Shown here in pieces: positions 12,410-25,090 of a stretch of DNA of 64,000 nucleotides. The stretch comes from the human T2T-CHM13v2.0 reference genome, Homo sapiens, in assembly GCF_009914755.1 (NCBI RefSeq), contig NC_060928.1. One strand, given 5' to 3'. The position numbers and the translations under genes were made by a program. The number at the start of each line of letters is the position of its first letter. Position 1 is the stretch's first letter. The notes beneath the pieces were generated by a model that worked only from the letters and a program-made list of their open reading frames with translations, was not told the origin of the DNA and did no database searches.

Positions 12410-13870
12410 CCATAGTATATTATTCACTTATCCAATCATTCATTAACTCAAAAAATATGTATTGAAGAATATTGAATAATATGGTCAAGTACAGTTCAAT
12501 AGTCTGTAAATACATTGTAGGATGCTACAGCTAGAAATATCTATCCTTGTGAGATTTATTACTTACTGAAAAGAGACAGTAAAAAAGATTAATAATAGAA
12601 ATAGTAATCTTGTTAATGGGCTCATGAGAAAACTAGAGAGCAAGGAAGGCCAAAGGTGATGTCATGATAAGGGAAGAAATGCCATTTTCAATAGTGTAGA
12701 CAGACAGCCAACTTTTGGGTTGATATTTGAATGAAGACCTAAAAAAGATGAGAGGGTGAGCTATAGGATATTCATTTGAAACTTTTATTTATTTTATTTT
12801 ATTTAATTTTTTGAGAGAGGGTCTTGCTCTGTCACCCAGGCTGGAGTGCAATGATACAATCATGGCTCACTGCAACCTCAACCTCAACTTCCCAGGCTCA
12901 AGCGAGCCTAGGACTACAGTTGTGAGCTCCCATGCTTGGCTAATTTTTGTAGTTTTTGTAGAGACTGGGTTTCACCATGTTGCCCAGGCTGATCTCAAGG
13001 TCCTGGGCTTAAGCGATCTGCCTGCCTTAGCCTCCTAAAGTACTAGGATTAGAGGCGTGAACCACCACCCCCAGCCAATATTGGCTTTCAACAAGGTACC
13101 TAGACAATTACTGCATGACTTCAAGGAAAAAATACATTTATTTAGCTAGGATTAACTAGATCACTTTAGCTGCTAAATTGAACATAAATGAAAAGGGATA
13201 ATAGTAGAAGTTAGGGAGAATAGATATGAAGCCCTTCCAATCATCTACAATACATGGAATGATAGATTAGAGAAGAGTAGTAGCAGTAGGGGTTAAAAAA
13301 TAAATTGGATTCTGGACAGATTTTGAAGATAAAACCCACAGAATATGGCAAGAAAGAGAGGAGATCAGAACACTCCACATTTCGGTCTGAGCTACAGGCT
13401 GAATGTTGTTGCCATTTACTGAGTTTGACAAACTGTTAGAGTAACAGGGTTGGCAATTAAATATCAGAAGCTCATTTTAGGAAATGTTAGGTTTTAGAAG
13501 TAGTAGATTTAAACAATTCTAGTTAGTCAACTCATGCAAAGGTACCAAGCAGGCAGTTGATATTTTGTCCTGATGTTCAGGGGAGAAGAGCTGGCTAGTG
13601 GTATTTATTTGGTGGCCTTAAGCACATAGATTACACTTACTACCTTGAGGCTGGATGAAATAACCAAGGGGGAGAGTATAGTGAGGGAAAAGAGATGAGA
13701 TTTAAGAACTGAGCTGTGGGGAACTCCGACATTTAGACAATACAGCGAAAGATCTGGAAAGTAAGACTGTGCTAAAGCAGCAACAGAAGTAAAAAAGAAA
13801 CCTGAGAACGTTTTCTCAGAAAATAAGGGAAGAAAGAATTTGAAAAAGGAGAGAGATCATTGTGTCTACC
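12410..13870 (-). mobile_element. L2 LINE remnant interrupted by an Alu
   Basis: Antisense L2 tail (tcattcattaactcaaaaaatatgtattga) and body (ggcagttgatatt..tcaggggagaag). Confidence 0.7.
12783..13076 (-). mobile_element. AluJ with a small internal deletion
   Basis: (TTTTA)n tail, agggtcttgctctgtcacccaggctggagtgca, ends accaccacccccagcc. Confidence 0.95.
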
Positions 13871-14125
13871 ACCTACTATTCCATCATAAACAACAGTAGA
13901 TGTCCTCTGCATACCAAATTTTAATATAGAACTTTTATCTTTCAGTTCTAAGTAATTTCTAAGTCTCATTTTTTTCTTTGACTCATGAGTTATTTAAAAG
14001 CATGCTTGTAAGTTTCCAAATATACATGAATTTTCTTTATTATTTTTATCTTAATTGTTTAATAATAAAAAACTTAAGCCTATTTTCAGGGCTGGCGTTC
14101 AGCCAGTATCACATGACAGGATGTA

Positions 14126-14408
14126 TAGTCATCCCTCAGTATCTGAGGAATTGGTTCCAGGACCCCCTCTGATACCAAAATCTGTGGATGCTCAAATCCC
14201 TCACATAATGGCATCATATTTGCATATAACTTACACACATCCTCCCATATACTTTAAATCATCTCTAGATTACTTATATCTAATACAATGTAAATGCTTT
14301 GAAAATAATTGTTATACTATATATTTTAATTGCTTTTTAAAAAATATTTTCTATCTATGGTTTGTTAAATCTGTGGTGGGAAAGCCACAGTTATGCAAGA
14401 GCTGACTG
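14126..14408 (+). mobile_element. MER2 (TcMar-Tigger MITE)
   Basis: tagtcatccctcagtatc..ttggttccaggacccc..ataccaaaatctgtggatgctcaa; ends gctgactg; TA on both sides. Confidence 0.85.
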
Positions 14409-14519
14409 TATTACTTTATAATTATTAATCAAGCATTCATCTAAGTGGTCAGTCATCTTTTGAAATTTATCAGCCCCATGGTGTAACAGTTGATAAATAT
14501 TTTGAATATTACCTCTATC

Positions 14520-15020
14520 TGTATGAAACTGTTCTTTGAACTTTGTTGGGATTTGCTTAATGGTCTAGTGCAGGATTAATTTTTGTAAATGTTCTAGATT
14601 TCCTTGAGAAGAACATGTAGTCTCTAATAAGCTCCATTCATATTTTATAATTGCATTAGATTAAGCCTGTGTATTGTGTCCAAATATTCTATAACCATTG
14701 GTTTTTTGTCTCTTTTATTTTTTTAATTATTTTATATTTATTTGTTTTGGGGATATAGACAGGGTCTCATTATATGGAAAAAGTTATGGTAAAACATCCA
14801 ACAATAGAAGGAAATTTATCAATTGCTCTCTCTAGTTTAATTAGTTTTTATTCCATGTACTATCAGAAATTCATGTGTCTTAAATTGTTAAATCTTTTGT
14901 CTCACTAATGCTCTTAAAATTAGTTAGTGGTATTCTCTATATCTAATAATGATGCATTTTTTCTTATAGTCTACCTTTTGTTTATATTTACGTGGATACA
15001 CCCACTTGATTGCTTGTGCC
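14520..15020 (-). mobile_element. Old L1M fragment
   Basis: T-rich antisense ORF2-like sequence (ttgagaagaacatgtagtctct). Confidence 0.5.
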
Positions 15021-15217
15021 AACAAATACCTTATATAATCAGATAAAAATTCCCTCAGTAAAAAGAAAATGTTAGCCTTGTTTCCAAAATTATTTAGGCA
15101 AAACAATGTTAACCAAAGACAAGAAAAAATTGAATATAAATGAAAACAATCAAAAAAGAAAGTCAGTGAAAACTAACCTACAATGACTCTTGGTATTGAA
15201 ATTAGTATACTGACTAT

Positions 15218-15880
15218 TGTTAAAACACACCTCAGCAGACAAACACAATGAACTCTCTGGCTAAAAAGAGACATACTGAAACTACAAAACAGAACCAAAT
15301 GGCCACGACAGGGTGAGAAGCTGGTCATATATCCCTGGGCTCACAAAGAAAATACATGTCACTACCTGTCACAAGGTTTTTATTCCTGTAATTAAGCAGA
15401 ACCGATTTCTCAAAAACATGTCAAAACAGCTATGGCTGAAAATTCCCCAACTGACCTCAGACAGAACACCTGGTGGTGGCTGACTGACCACCTGGAACCT
15501 GCTAATTAAAAAACTTGTAGCTTCCTGCTTAAAGACCACCCAATGCAGGCTTTTCTCCTTACCATTCTGATACCTTCTCCTGCTTTGCAGTCCTGCCACA
15601 ACTTTCAATAGACTAAGGATGAGCCTTACAAACTTTCTTTCATGATAAACTGCCACAAATCTCCAGCCAGTTTCCACTGGCTTATAGAGGATATGCAAAA
15701 ACCTCCTTTGTGCCCAGTAGTTCACCATATGACATATTGAGCCAAAATCTCCCTTATTTTGATATTGAAATCCCACTGCAAAGTGAATGTAGAATGTATG
15801 CTACATACGTTAAGCTGTTACACAAGTGCTTAACTTCCCTCAAAAATATACATAGATTTTTCACAAACTCCTCCACAAAT
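15218..15880 (+). mobile_element. ERV1-type LTR fragment, subfamily uncertain
   Basis: Starts with TG; abrupt GC increase; CCAAT and LTR-like motifs (gaatgtatgctacatacg, aatatacatag). Confidence 0.45.
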
Positions 15881-16086
15881 CTCTTGGTTTTTTTGTTAAC
15901 ACTGTAAAGCAAGTATGCTTAAAATGTTTAGTAAATTAACTGTTAAAAATGAATAATTTTGGCTGAGAACTGGAAACTATAAAAAGGAAATTACACTTTT
16001 TTTCTTTTTAAAGAGCTGAATTGAAACTCTGGCCAAAAAAAAAAAAAAAAAGAAAAATTAACCAAAATTAAGAACTCCATGAATGA

Positions 16087-16460
16087 TGTTATAAGATACA
16101 TTGTATCCTCCAAAAAAAGAAACGTTGAAGTCTTATTCCTCAGTATTCAGAATGAGATATTTAGTGAAAACAGTATCGTTTCAAAGGCAGTCAAGTTAAA
16201 ATGTGCTCATTAGAATAGGCCCTGATACATATTGCTGGATTCCTTAAAAAAGAAAGATTTGGACACAAAGAGAACCATAAGTGGAAAACAATGTAAAGCA
16301 CAGGGAGAAGACAGTCATCTAAAAGCCAAGAAATACCTGAGGCTACCTGTGTGTCTAAATACCCAGTTTGCAGTCCTAGAAAAATAATACAATATTTGTA
16401 TTTGGTCGGTGCACCAACCTTATATAACTGTGTATTACACAGAACTGAAGAGATAATTAC
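16087..16460 (+). mobile_element. MLT1 (MaLR) LTR
   Basis: tgttataag..ttgaagtc..gtcaagttaaaatg..gagaagacagtcatctaaaagccaag matches the MLT1B/C pattern. Confidence 0.75.
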
Positions 16461-17318
16461 CAACATGGGAGAGAACTTACAGTAATCCATCTGTAATAAA
16501 GGAGAGAGTTTCAAAATAATGAAACAAGAGAAGATAAAAGATATAGAGAATATAGTGAGAAGTACTAAAAATAATGTTCGATTATAGCCCTACTAGCAGA
16601 AAATATAGAAAATAGGAGAAGTAATATTTGAAGAAATAATGACTAAGGTTTTCAAAAACTGATGAAGGCCAATAATCCAAAAATTCAAGATGTTTAATGA
16701 AACACAAGCAAGATGAATGAAAGTAAAGCTTTAAAAAACTGTAGTAAAACAGCAAAACCCCTAAAGCAAAAAATAAAAATAAAAAAATAAAAGCCACATT
16801 TGTAACAATAAAGCAATTTAAAAGTCTCATAAAAATACTTCTCAATATGTTTTGTAAGAGACAAGCACGGGTAATAAGAAAGATATTCAATGTCCTAACT
16901 GAATGTATCTTCTGTCTTAAAAATCAACACTTCCTCCAGAATCTTTATAAAATAATAGTAAATAAAAATCATCTTCTAAAAAATAAAAACAGGAAATTAT
17001 GAAGATATCCTTAATTAGAGGGTGAGATTCTCAGAAGCATTGTTGGAGATGCATAAAGGAATAAAAATAGAAAACTATTAGATAATGGTAATAAATGTAA
17101 GTAGGTATTTGAATAAATTTAATAAACAGTATCTACATAATCTTTCTATATATACGCATATATAATCAGAAAACACAAGAACAATAACGTAAGTCATGAA
17201 GTTAAAGTATTCTAATTTACTTGCTGTCTTCTTTTCCAAAAGGAGTATAAAATTCCTATCATCATGATACCTTTATTAGTAGAGAATAAAACTTGTCAGG
17301 GTAGTGTAAGAGACTTGG

Positions 17319-19886
17319 TATATATATGAATATGTATGTCTATATATGAATATATACGAATATATATATGAATATGTATGTCTATGAATATATATGAATA
17401 TATGTGTATATATATGAATATATATGACTACATATGAATATATATATATGAATATATATGACTATATATGAATATATATATAAGAATATATATATGACTC
17501 TATATATATGAATATATATGACTATATATACGAATATACATATGACTATACATACGAATATACATATGACTATACATACGAATATATATATGACTATGCA
17601 TATGAATATATATATATGACTATACATACGAATATATATGAATATACATACGAATATATATATGAATATACACAGGAATATATATATGAATATACACACG
17701 AATATATATATGAATATATACACGAATATATATATGAATATATACACGAATATATATGAATATATACACGAGAATATACATGATTATATATACGAGAATA
17801 TATATGAATATGTATACGAGAATATACACATGAATATGTATACGAGAATATACACATGAATATGTATACGAGAATATACACATGAATATGTATATGGATA
17901 GACACATATGGATATGTATATGGATAGACACATATGGATATGTATATGGATAGACACATATGGATATATATGGATATACATATGGATATATATATGGATA
18001 TACATACATGGATATATATATATGGATATACATACATGGATATATATATGGATTTACATACATGATATACATATGGATTTACATACATGGATATACATAT
18101 GGATTTACATACATGGATATACATATGGTTATACATATGGATATACATACATGGATATATATATGGATATACATACATGGATATATATATGGATATACAT
18201 ACATGGATATATATGGATATATATATGGATTATATATATGGATATATATATGGATTATATATATGGATATATATATGGATTATATATATGGATATATATA
18301 TGGATTATATATATGGATATATATATGGATTATATATATGGATATATATATGGATTATATATATGGATATATATATGGATTATATATATGGATATATATA
18401 TGGATTATATATATGGATATATATATCTGGATATATATATCCAGATATATATATATGGATATATATATGGATATATATACGCAGATATATATATGGATAT
18501 ATATGGATATATATGGATATGTATGGATATATATGGATATATATGATATATATGGATATATATGGATATGTATGAATCTATATCTACATATGTATATATA
18601 CGAATATATATGGATATATATGGATATATATGGATATATATGGATATATATGGATATATATGGACATATATGGATATATATGAATATATATGAATATATA
18701 TGGATATATATGAATATATATGAATATATATGGATATATATATGAATATATATGAATATATATGGATATATATATGAATATATATGAATATATATGGATA
18801 TATATATGAATATATATGAATATATATGGATATATATATGAATATATATGAATGTATATGGATATATATATGAATATATATGGATATATATATGAATATA
18901 TATGGATATATATGAATATATATGGATATATATGGATATATATATGGATATATATGGATATATATGAATATATATGGATATATATGGATATATATGAATA
19001 TATATGGATATATATGGATATATATGAATATATATGGATATATATGGATATATATGTATATATGGAAATATATAGATATATATGGATATATATGGATATA
19101 TATGAATATATATGGATATATATGGATATATATGAATATATATGGATATATATGGATATATATGGATTTATATATGAATCTATATATGAATCTATATGAA
19201 TCTATATATGAATCTATATATGAATATATATGAATCTATATGTGAATATATATGAATCTATATATGAAGCTATATATGAATATATATATTCTGAATATAT
19301 ATATGAATCTATATTCTGAATATATATATGAATCTATATATTCTGAATATATATGTGAATCTATATATTCTGAATATATATGTGAATCTATATATTCTGA
19401 ATATATATGTGAATCTATATATTCTGAATATATATGTGAATCTATATATTCTGAATATATATGTGAATCTATATATTCTGAATATATATGTGAATCTATA
19501 TATTCTGAATATATATGTGAATCTATATATTCTGAATATATATGTGAATCTATATATTCTGAATATATATGAATCTATATATGAATCTATATATGAATCT
19601 ATACATGAATCTATATGAATCTATACATGAATCTATATATGAATCTATACATGAATCTATATGAATCTATACATGAATCTATACATGAATCTATACACAC
19701 GAATGTACGTATATGAATCTATACACACGAATGTACGTATATGAATCTATACACACGAATGTACGTATATGAATCTATACACACGAATGTGTATATGAAT
19801 CTATACACACGAATGTGTATATGAATCTATACACACGAATGTGTATATGAATCTATACACACGAATGTGTATATGAATATATATGA
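17319..19886. repeat. 2.5-kb compound TA-rich micro/minisatellite (VNTR)
   Basis: Contiguous TATATGAA/TATATGGA-derived units with 10-, 25-, 26-, 27- and 28-bp sub-arrays. Confidence 0.99.
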
Positions 19887-20300
19887 AATATTAGAATTAG
19901 TATATATTACATATTATTGATATGTACATTAGTATATATTCTATATAAGAATACATACTTAAAAGTACTATAAGAATTTAGAAATATTGACCACATATTA
20001 AAATATTAAAGGTGAATAATTACCAAAATACAATAAGTAAATAAAGAGAAAATTTTAAAATACCTTGCTAAAGTGAAGAAGAGTAAGATATGAGCAGGGA
20101 AAACAGATAGAGAACTGAATAGCTGGACCAACCAGAAAGACTACGGTAAGACGGTAAATTCAAATATAAATATGTCATTAAATACATTAAATGAAAAGGG
20201 AATAAATACATTAAATGTAAATAGAATAAACATCAATTAAAGAACATCAATTATTGCTCATGGTAAAACAATCAATAAGATACTCTGAATAAGAAATATT

Positions 20301-20600
20301 GGCCGGGCGCGGTGGCTCATGCCTGTAATCCTATCACTTTTGGAGGCCGAGGAGGGCGGATTGCCTGAGCTCAGGAGTTCGAACCCAGCCTGGGCAACAC
20401 GGTGAAACCCCGTCTCTACTAAAAATACAAAAAAATTAGCCGGGCATGGCAGCGTGCGCATGTAGTCCCAGCTACTAGGGAGGCTGAGGGAGGAGAATGG
20501 CTTGAACCCGGGAGGCGGAGGTTGCAGTGACCCGAGATCGCCACTGCACTCCACACTCCAGCCTGGGCGACAGAGGTCTCCAAAAATATATATATATTTA
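20301..20600 (+). mobile_element. AluS
   Basis: ggccgggcgcggtggctca start, full dimer, tail converted to (TA)n; probable decayed TSD aagaaatatt/tagaaatact. Confidence 0.97.
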
Positions 20601-20854
20601 TTTAGAAATACTAAAAAAGTTCAATTATAGTCCTACTAAGAGAAAATACACAGGATATTCAGAAATAATATTTGAGGAAATAATGACTTTCCATTTCTTT
20701 GAAATCAATAAAAAGATATACAATAAAAATTATCAAAGAATGATAGTAATATTGTTAATGTCAGGCGAATTAGATGTTGAGACAAAAGAGCATTCATAAG
20801 AAAAAATAATTACTTCCTAATAAAATGTTCAATTAACTAATAATATGAAAGAAG

Positions 20855-20986
20855 TATTTATTTATTTATTTACTTATTTATTTTTATTTTTATTTTTAAT
20901 TTTGAAACAGAGTCTTGCTCTGTCACCCAGGCTGGAGTGCAGTGGCACGATCTTGGCTCACTGCAACCTCCACCTCCGGGGTTCAA
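20855..20986 (-). mobile_element. 5'-truncated Alu (right-arm end plus tail)
   Basis: (TTTA)n then gaaacagagtcttgctctgtcacccaggctgg..ggggttcaa, with an abrupt end. Confidence 0.92.
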
Positions 20987-21281
20987 ACTAAGAATTCTTA
21001 TTTATATGCATGCAATTCCATGGTCTCAAAGAGTTAAGACAAAAGTTGTAAAATTGAAAGATGAAATTGGTGTAAATCATATCGGAGATTTTAACATAAA
21101 TCTCTCAGTAACGAATGAAACAATCAAATAAAACTTCAATAAGAATATAAATGTTATAAAAATAATAAAGCTCACCTAATGGTCTCCTAACTATGACACT
21201 ACACCCAAGACCTTCAAATAATGTATTATTTTCAAGAACACATGGATAATTTACAAATATTGGCCACACATTGAGTTATAA

Positions 21282-21412
21282 ATAGAGTAATAATACATCC
21301 AGTTTGCCTGAGATACTTTTGGTTCTCTCTTGTTGTTTCAACATTAATTATTACTTCCCCCTTTTACCTTTTAAAGTGTGGTTGTTTGGATATAATTTAT
21401 ATGGGTACTTTA
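21282..21412. mobile_element. MER94-like hAT MITE
   Basis: tagagtaataatacatccagtttgcctgaga..ttatatgggtacttta resembles MER94 with degenerate TIRs. Confidence 0.6.
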
Positions 21413-21879
21413 GTCAAAAAACAAGTATCAACAAATTTTGAAGAGTTGAAATCCTATAAGGTATGAATGCTGACCCCACTGCAAATAAGCTAAAAATCAA
21501 TACAATTTTATAGAAAGAAATGCCTATAAATTTAGAAATTATAATATAGGTGTCAAACTAACCATTGATAAAATAATGAACCATAATACAAATTAAAAAG
21601 TATTTTAAAAATAAGGATAATGAAAAGAGATATCAGTTCTTTCTTTGTGCAACTAAATCAATTCTTAGAGAAAAATTAATATAGTAAATGTACATATGAA
21701 AAGAAAACGAAGCCTTAAAATTGGTAAGCTAAACATACGTGAATTTTATAAGATGTATCTAGGTAAACTCAGAGTAGGAGAGAAGAAAAAATGGAAATAG
21801 AGCATACATTCATAAAAGAGAAACAAGTATAAAATAGAGTGGATAAAAGAAACCTATCTGAGCATACACTTTATGATTG

Positions 21880-22345
21880 AAAACTATTCAATGGTTTATA
21901 GTTTGTATAGGGCTGAAATAATATCCTGGCAAAATGTGGCCCAGATTTATCCCTTCAGTTTCAACTCTTAACACACTCCACCTCACAGAAGTCAACCAGA
22001 CTGAGCCTTCAATTTCCCCATACACTCTCTTATCTCAGACACGTTCTTAATACTACTCCCTCTGTTTGGGATAATTTCCCACTTCTAAATAATCCTTCTG
22101 TTGAATAATTCCTACTTGTCCTCTGGAGTAAGTTGAGAGTCCACCGTCTCCAAGAAGCATTCTATAATTCATGAGCCTGAAATAGGCATCTCTCCCATAT
22201 ATCTGCACAGCATCATGAACTTTACAGTAATTATAATAACACTGTATGGTAGTTTCCTGTGCACTTCTATGTGTCTTCCACCAAACTATTTATTCCATAA
22301 AAAGCAGGAAGTATGTCTATGTTGAACAAATGAATAAAAGAATAA
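21880..22345 (+). mobile_element. L2 3' remnant
   Basis: L2-like body ending tgttgaacaaatgaataaa. Confidence 0.55.
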
Positions 22346-23484
22346 GGCTATAAGAGCTACATGAAATAGACAATGCAAGTATAGAAAAAAGTGTAGAGAT
22401 TAAAGTGGTTCAAGGAATTCTATACATGGTGACATTAAGTGGGAAGGATTAGAAAATACCCACTGAATTATACTATTTGAATGCTGTTGTTAATTATATT
22501 GACTGCTGAGTTTCAGAAAGTTAAATGTGAATATTAAAGTTCACTAGAAGTAAAGGAAAAATATCAATTATATACTTGTATTTTGAGAAATTCTGATGAG
22601 AAGCAGAAAGTGACTGGATATTAGTGGAGAAAATACTGAGCAAATACATCTAAGCATGACTATTAGTATTTCAATAAAAGAGACTGGGTATAAACTTTCT
22701 TATGTTTAAACCAGAAAATAAATTTGAGCTATTCATACATGAATGTTTTATTGATAAAAGAGAGTGGAAATTATCATTGCAGTGATTTTCAAATTGAGTT
22801 GTCCAGATTCACTGTAGTTTCTAGAAATTTATGGTGAGAGAAGATTTAGGTATAAATTAAACCCTAAAACTAACTCCTGGTTCTTTTACTAGCACAAACC
22901 TGAAAAAAATGCAGTTTTATCTATCTTATTTATCTATAGTTTTCACCACATATAGATAGGTAAAGATAAGAATGTTGACATTAAAGAACATAATTTCTGC
23001 TGTTATAAAACATTCAGAGATGTGATAAAATGGGCACAAAATTCTCCAGATCAGTATAACAAATATATATTCTAGTTACTTCAAGTAGTATATTCAGCTA
23101 ATCTGTGAGGAACAAAATTCTTTTGGATCATAAATGTTCACCCTCAACTCTGTATTATTGTTAACCACATGAAAAATAAAATATAACTAAAACAATGAGA
23201 TTGTTATATTGCAACCTGTCAAACGTTTTAAGAGTCAAATAACACACATGTGTGATGATATAGCTCAATATATTAAAAATGAAAATATTTCAAAATTAAA
23301 TGTATTAGAGATCCTTCCTTCTTAATAATTAAAGAGATATATCATCAGTTTCATGTTATATGGCATTCTATGGTACTTTTGTATCTGAAATAATTTAAAG
23401 AATTTCTTATTTTTTGACATCACAATTGTTTTTGTACATGTGTACAAGTTACTTACCGTACTTCTCATAGAAATGTAGAGTTGC

Positions 23485-23900
23485 TATGTCCTCTTCTTCA
23501 ATCTTGAAATACCCTTGTTATTTTCTGTGTTGAAAGATTAAGGTGGAAATGATGCTGAGTGATTATCAAGGCTAGGTTGAGGAAGGTGATACAATTTCCA
23601 CCTGGTTTCCTTTCTCTCTCTCTCTCTCTCTCTCTTTTCCTCTCTCCCTCTCTCTTTCTCCCTCTGTAAGAGTCAGTCATCTAGGAAGCTACCTTGCTGG
23701 AGATATCACAGAAAGAGCCCACACAGAGATAAAGGGGTTGGCTGAGGAAACTCAGCTATTCCATTCCTCAACTCTTTGAGAAACTCAACCTCAGGTGCCA
23801 GACATGTGAGTAAACCTAAAGATGGTTCCAGCACTTGTCTTTATCTGAAAGTCATGACGTGAGATACTGAGTAAGAAATGCATAATGATTTGAATTTCTT
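23485..23900 (+). mobile_element. MLT1-type LTR fragment with (CT)n
   Basis: ggtggaaatgatgctgagtga..aaggctagg..ccagacatgtgagt motifs. Confidence 0.6.
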
Positions 23901-24539
23901 TGATTGCTGTTGTTATCTAACTCTTCCCACACTGTTTTTGAGACACATGCACACACACAGTTTATGCATTTTGAAATATTCATGGAAAATGTAGTCAAAA
24001 ATTTATACATGTATTTCTCTTCCCATTAACTTTATGGAAGGGAAAGTCAAAAGTGAAAAACATTGTAAAAATAGAAATTAACACATTAGTTAAGACTAGG
24101 TAGGACTTAAGATTAGATTGAGATTAAGATTGAATTATTTCAAAATAGATTAACTGCCAAATTCCCAGGCTCATGTTATTTGAGGAGAGGTTATATCTTG
24201 AAAATCATCCTTGTAAAATGCTTTGAAACAGACCTCTCTTGCCCTTCAATATGTATGTTTTCTTTTTTAAAATGGTAACTTTTAGAAAAGAATCTGTTCT
24301 AATGAAGCCATTACTGTTGTATTTATACTCTACCCCTATCAAAGGTTGACCGTTATTGCAGGAATGTCCACTTCCATACACAGTCACAATGGAAGCCTGA
24401 GGGAAAAGTGTAGTCCTGGTTTACTAGACACTTAGGGAATATTTTATTGTTATAGAACATGGAAGAGACATGCAGGACACTAAAACTTTTATACATCCTT
24501 ACCAGGAGGGTGCTTTTGTAAGCAGGACTCAGCAAACCA

Positions 24540-25090
24540 TAAAGAACAAAACCAACAAAAATGAAGGCAGAACAGATTACATAAAGTTAAATTTAAATCT
24601 TCAAAAATAGGCCATAAATATATTCAAAGTAAAATTTAAAAACGGAGAAAACATTTACCATGTGGGGAAAAAAAAAAACAAGAGCCAATATCCCCGAAGT
24701 CCAAAGAGCTCCTATAAAATAAAAATTTTAAAGATATTCAACTCAACTGATAAATGCATATGAAAATTCCAGGATTATTATCTTTCAGAATGATCAATAA
24801 AATGTAAAAACACTAATGATATTTCATTTTACTTATTAGAAGATAATTTTAAAGGATTGAGAGATTTAGAGATTTAGACAATTGTATTCTTGGTAAGAAT
24901 TTAACTTGTTACAATCATTTTAGAGAACAATTTGAAAATAGTTATTAAAGTTTAAGTAAGACAAATACATAAACATATGCATGCAAGCATGTTCAATAAA
25001 GCATTATTTGGAATAGAAAAATATTGGACAACAATATTTCAAAATTGGGAAATGGTTGATTATTATATGAAGCATGTGCTTCACACAAAA
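24540..25090 (+). mobile_element. L1ME-type 3' region remnant
   Basis: ttgttacaatcattttagagaacaatttg, catgttcaataaagcattatttg. Confidence 0.5.

Larger units (their letters stand above)
16460..21850 (+). mobile_element. Old L1M element (ORF1 to ORF2 endonuclease region) carrying the VNTR, two Alus and MER94
   Basis: A-rich sense strand; ORF1-like aatatttgaagaaataatgact; endonuclease motif IGDFN in ORF 20937-21131. Confidence 0.7.

Noticed and set aside
19330-19570. Regular 27-bp repeats resembling a CRISPR array
   Set aside because: No unique spacers and a eukaryotic context; an ordinary minisatellite.
17382-19618. Long overlapping ORFs (up to 261 aa) rich in Y/I/M/D/W
   Set aside because: Translations of the TA-rich VNTR, open on both strands and in several frames because the units lack stop codons.
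24205-24535. Two overlapping 60-aa minus-strand ORFs in unique-looking DNA
   Set aside because: No recognisable protein similarity, and the length is expected by chance.
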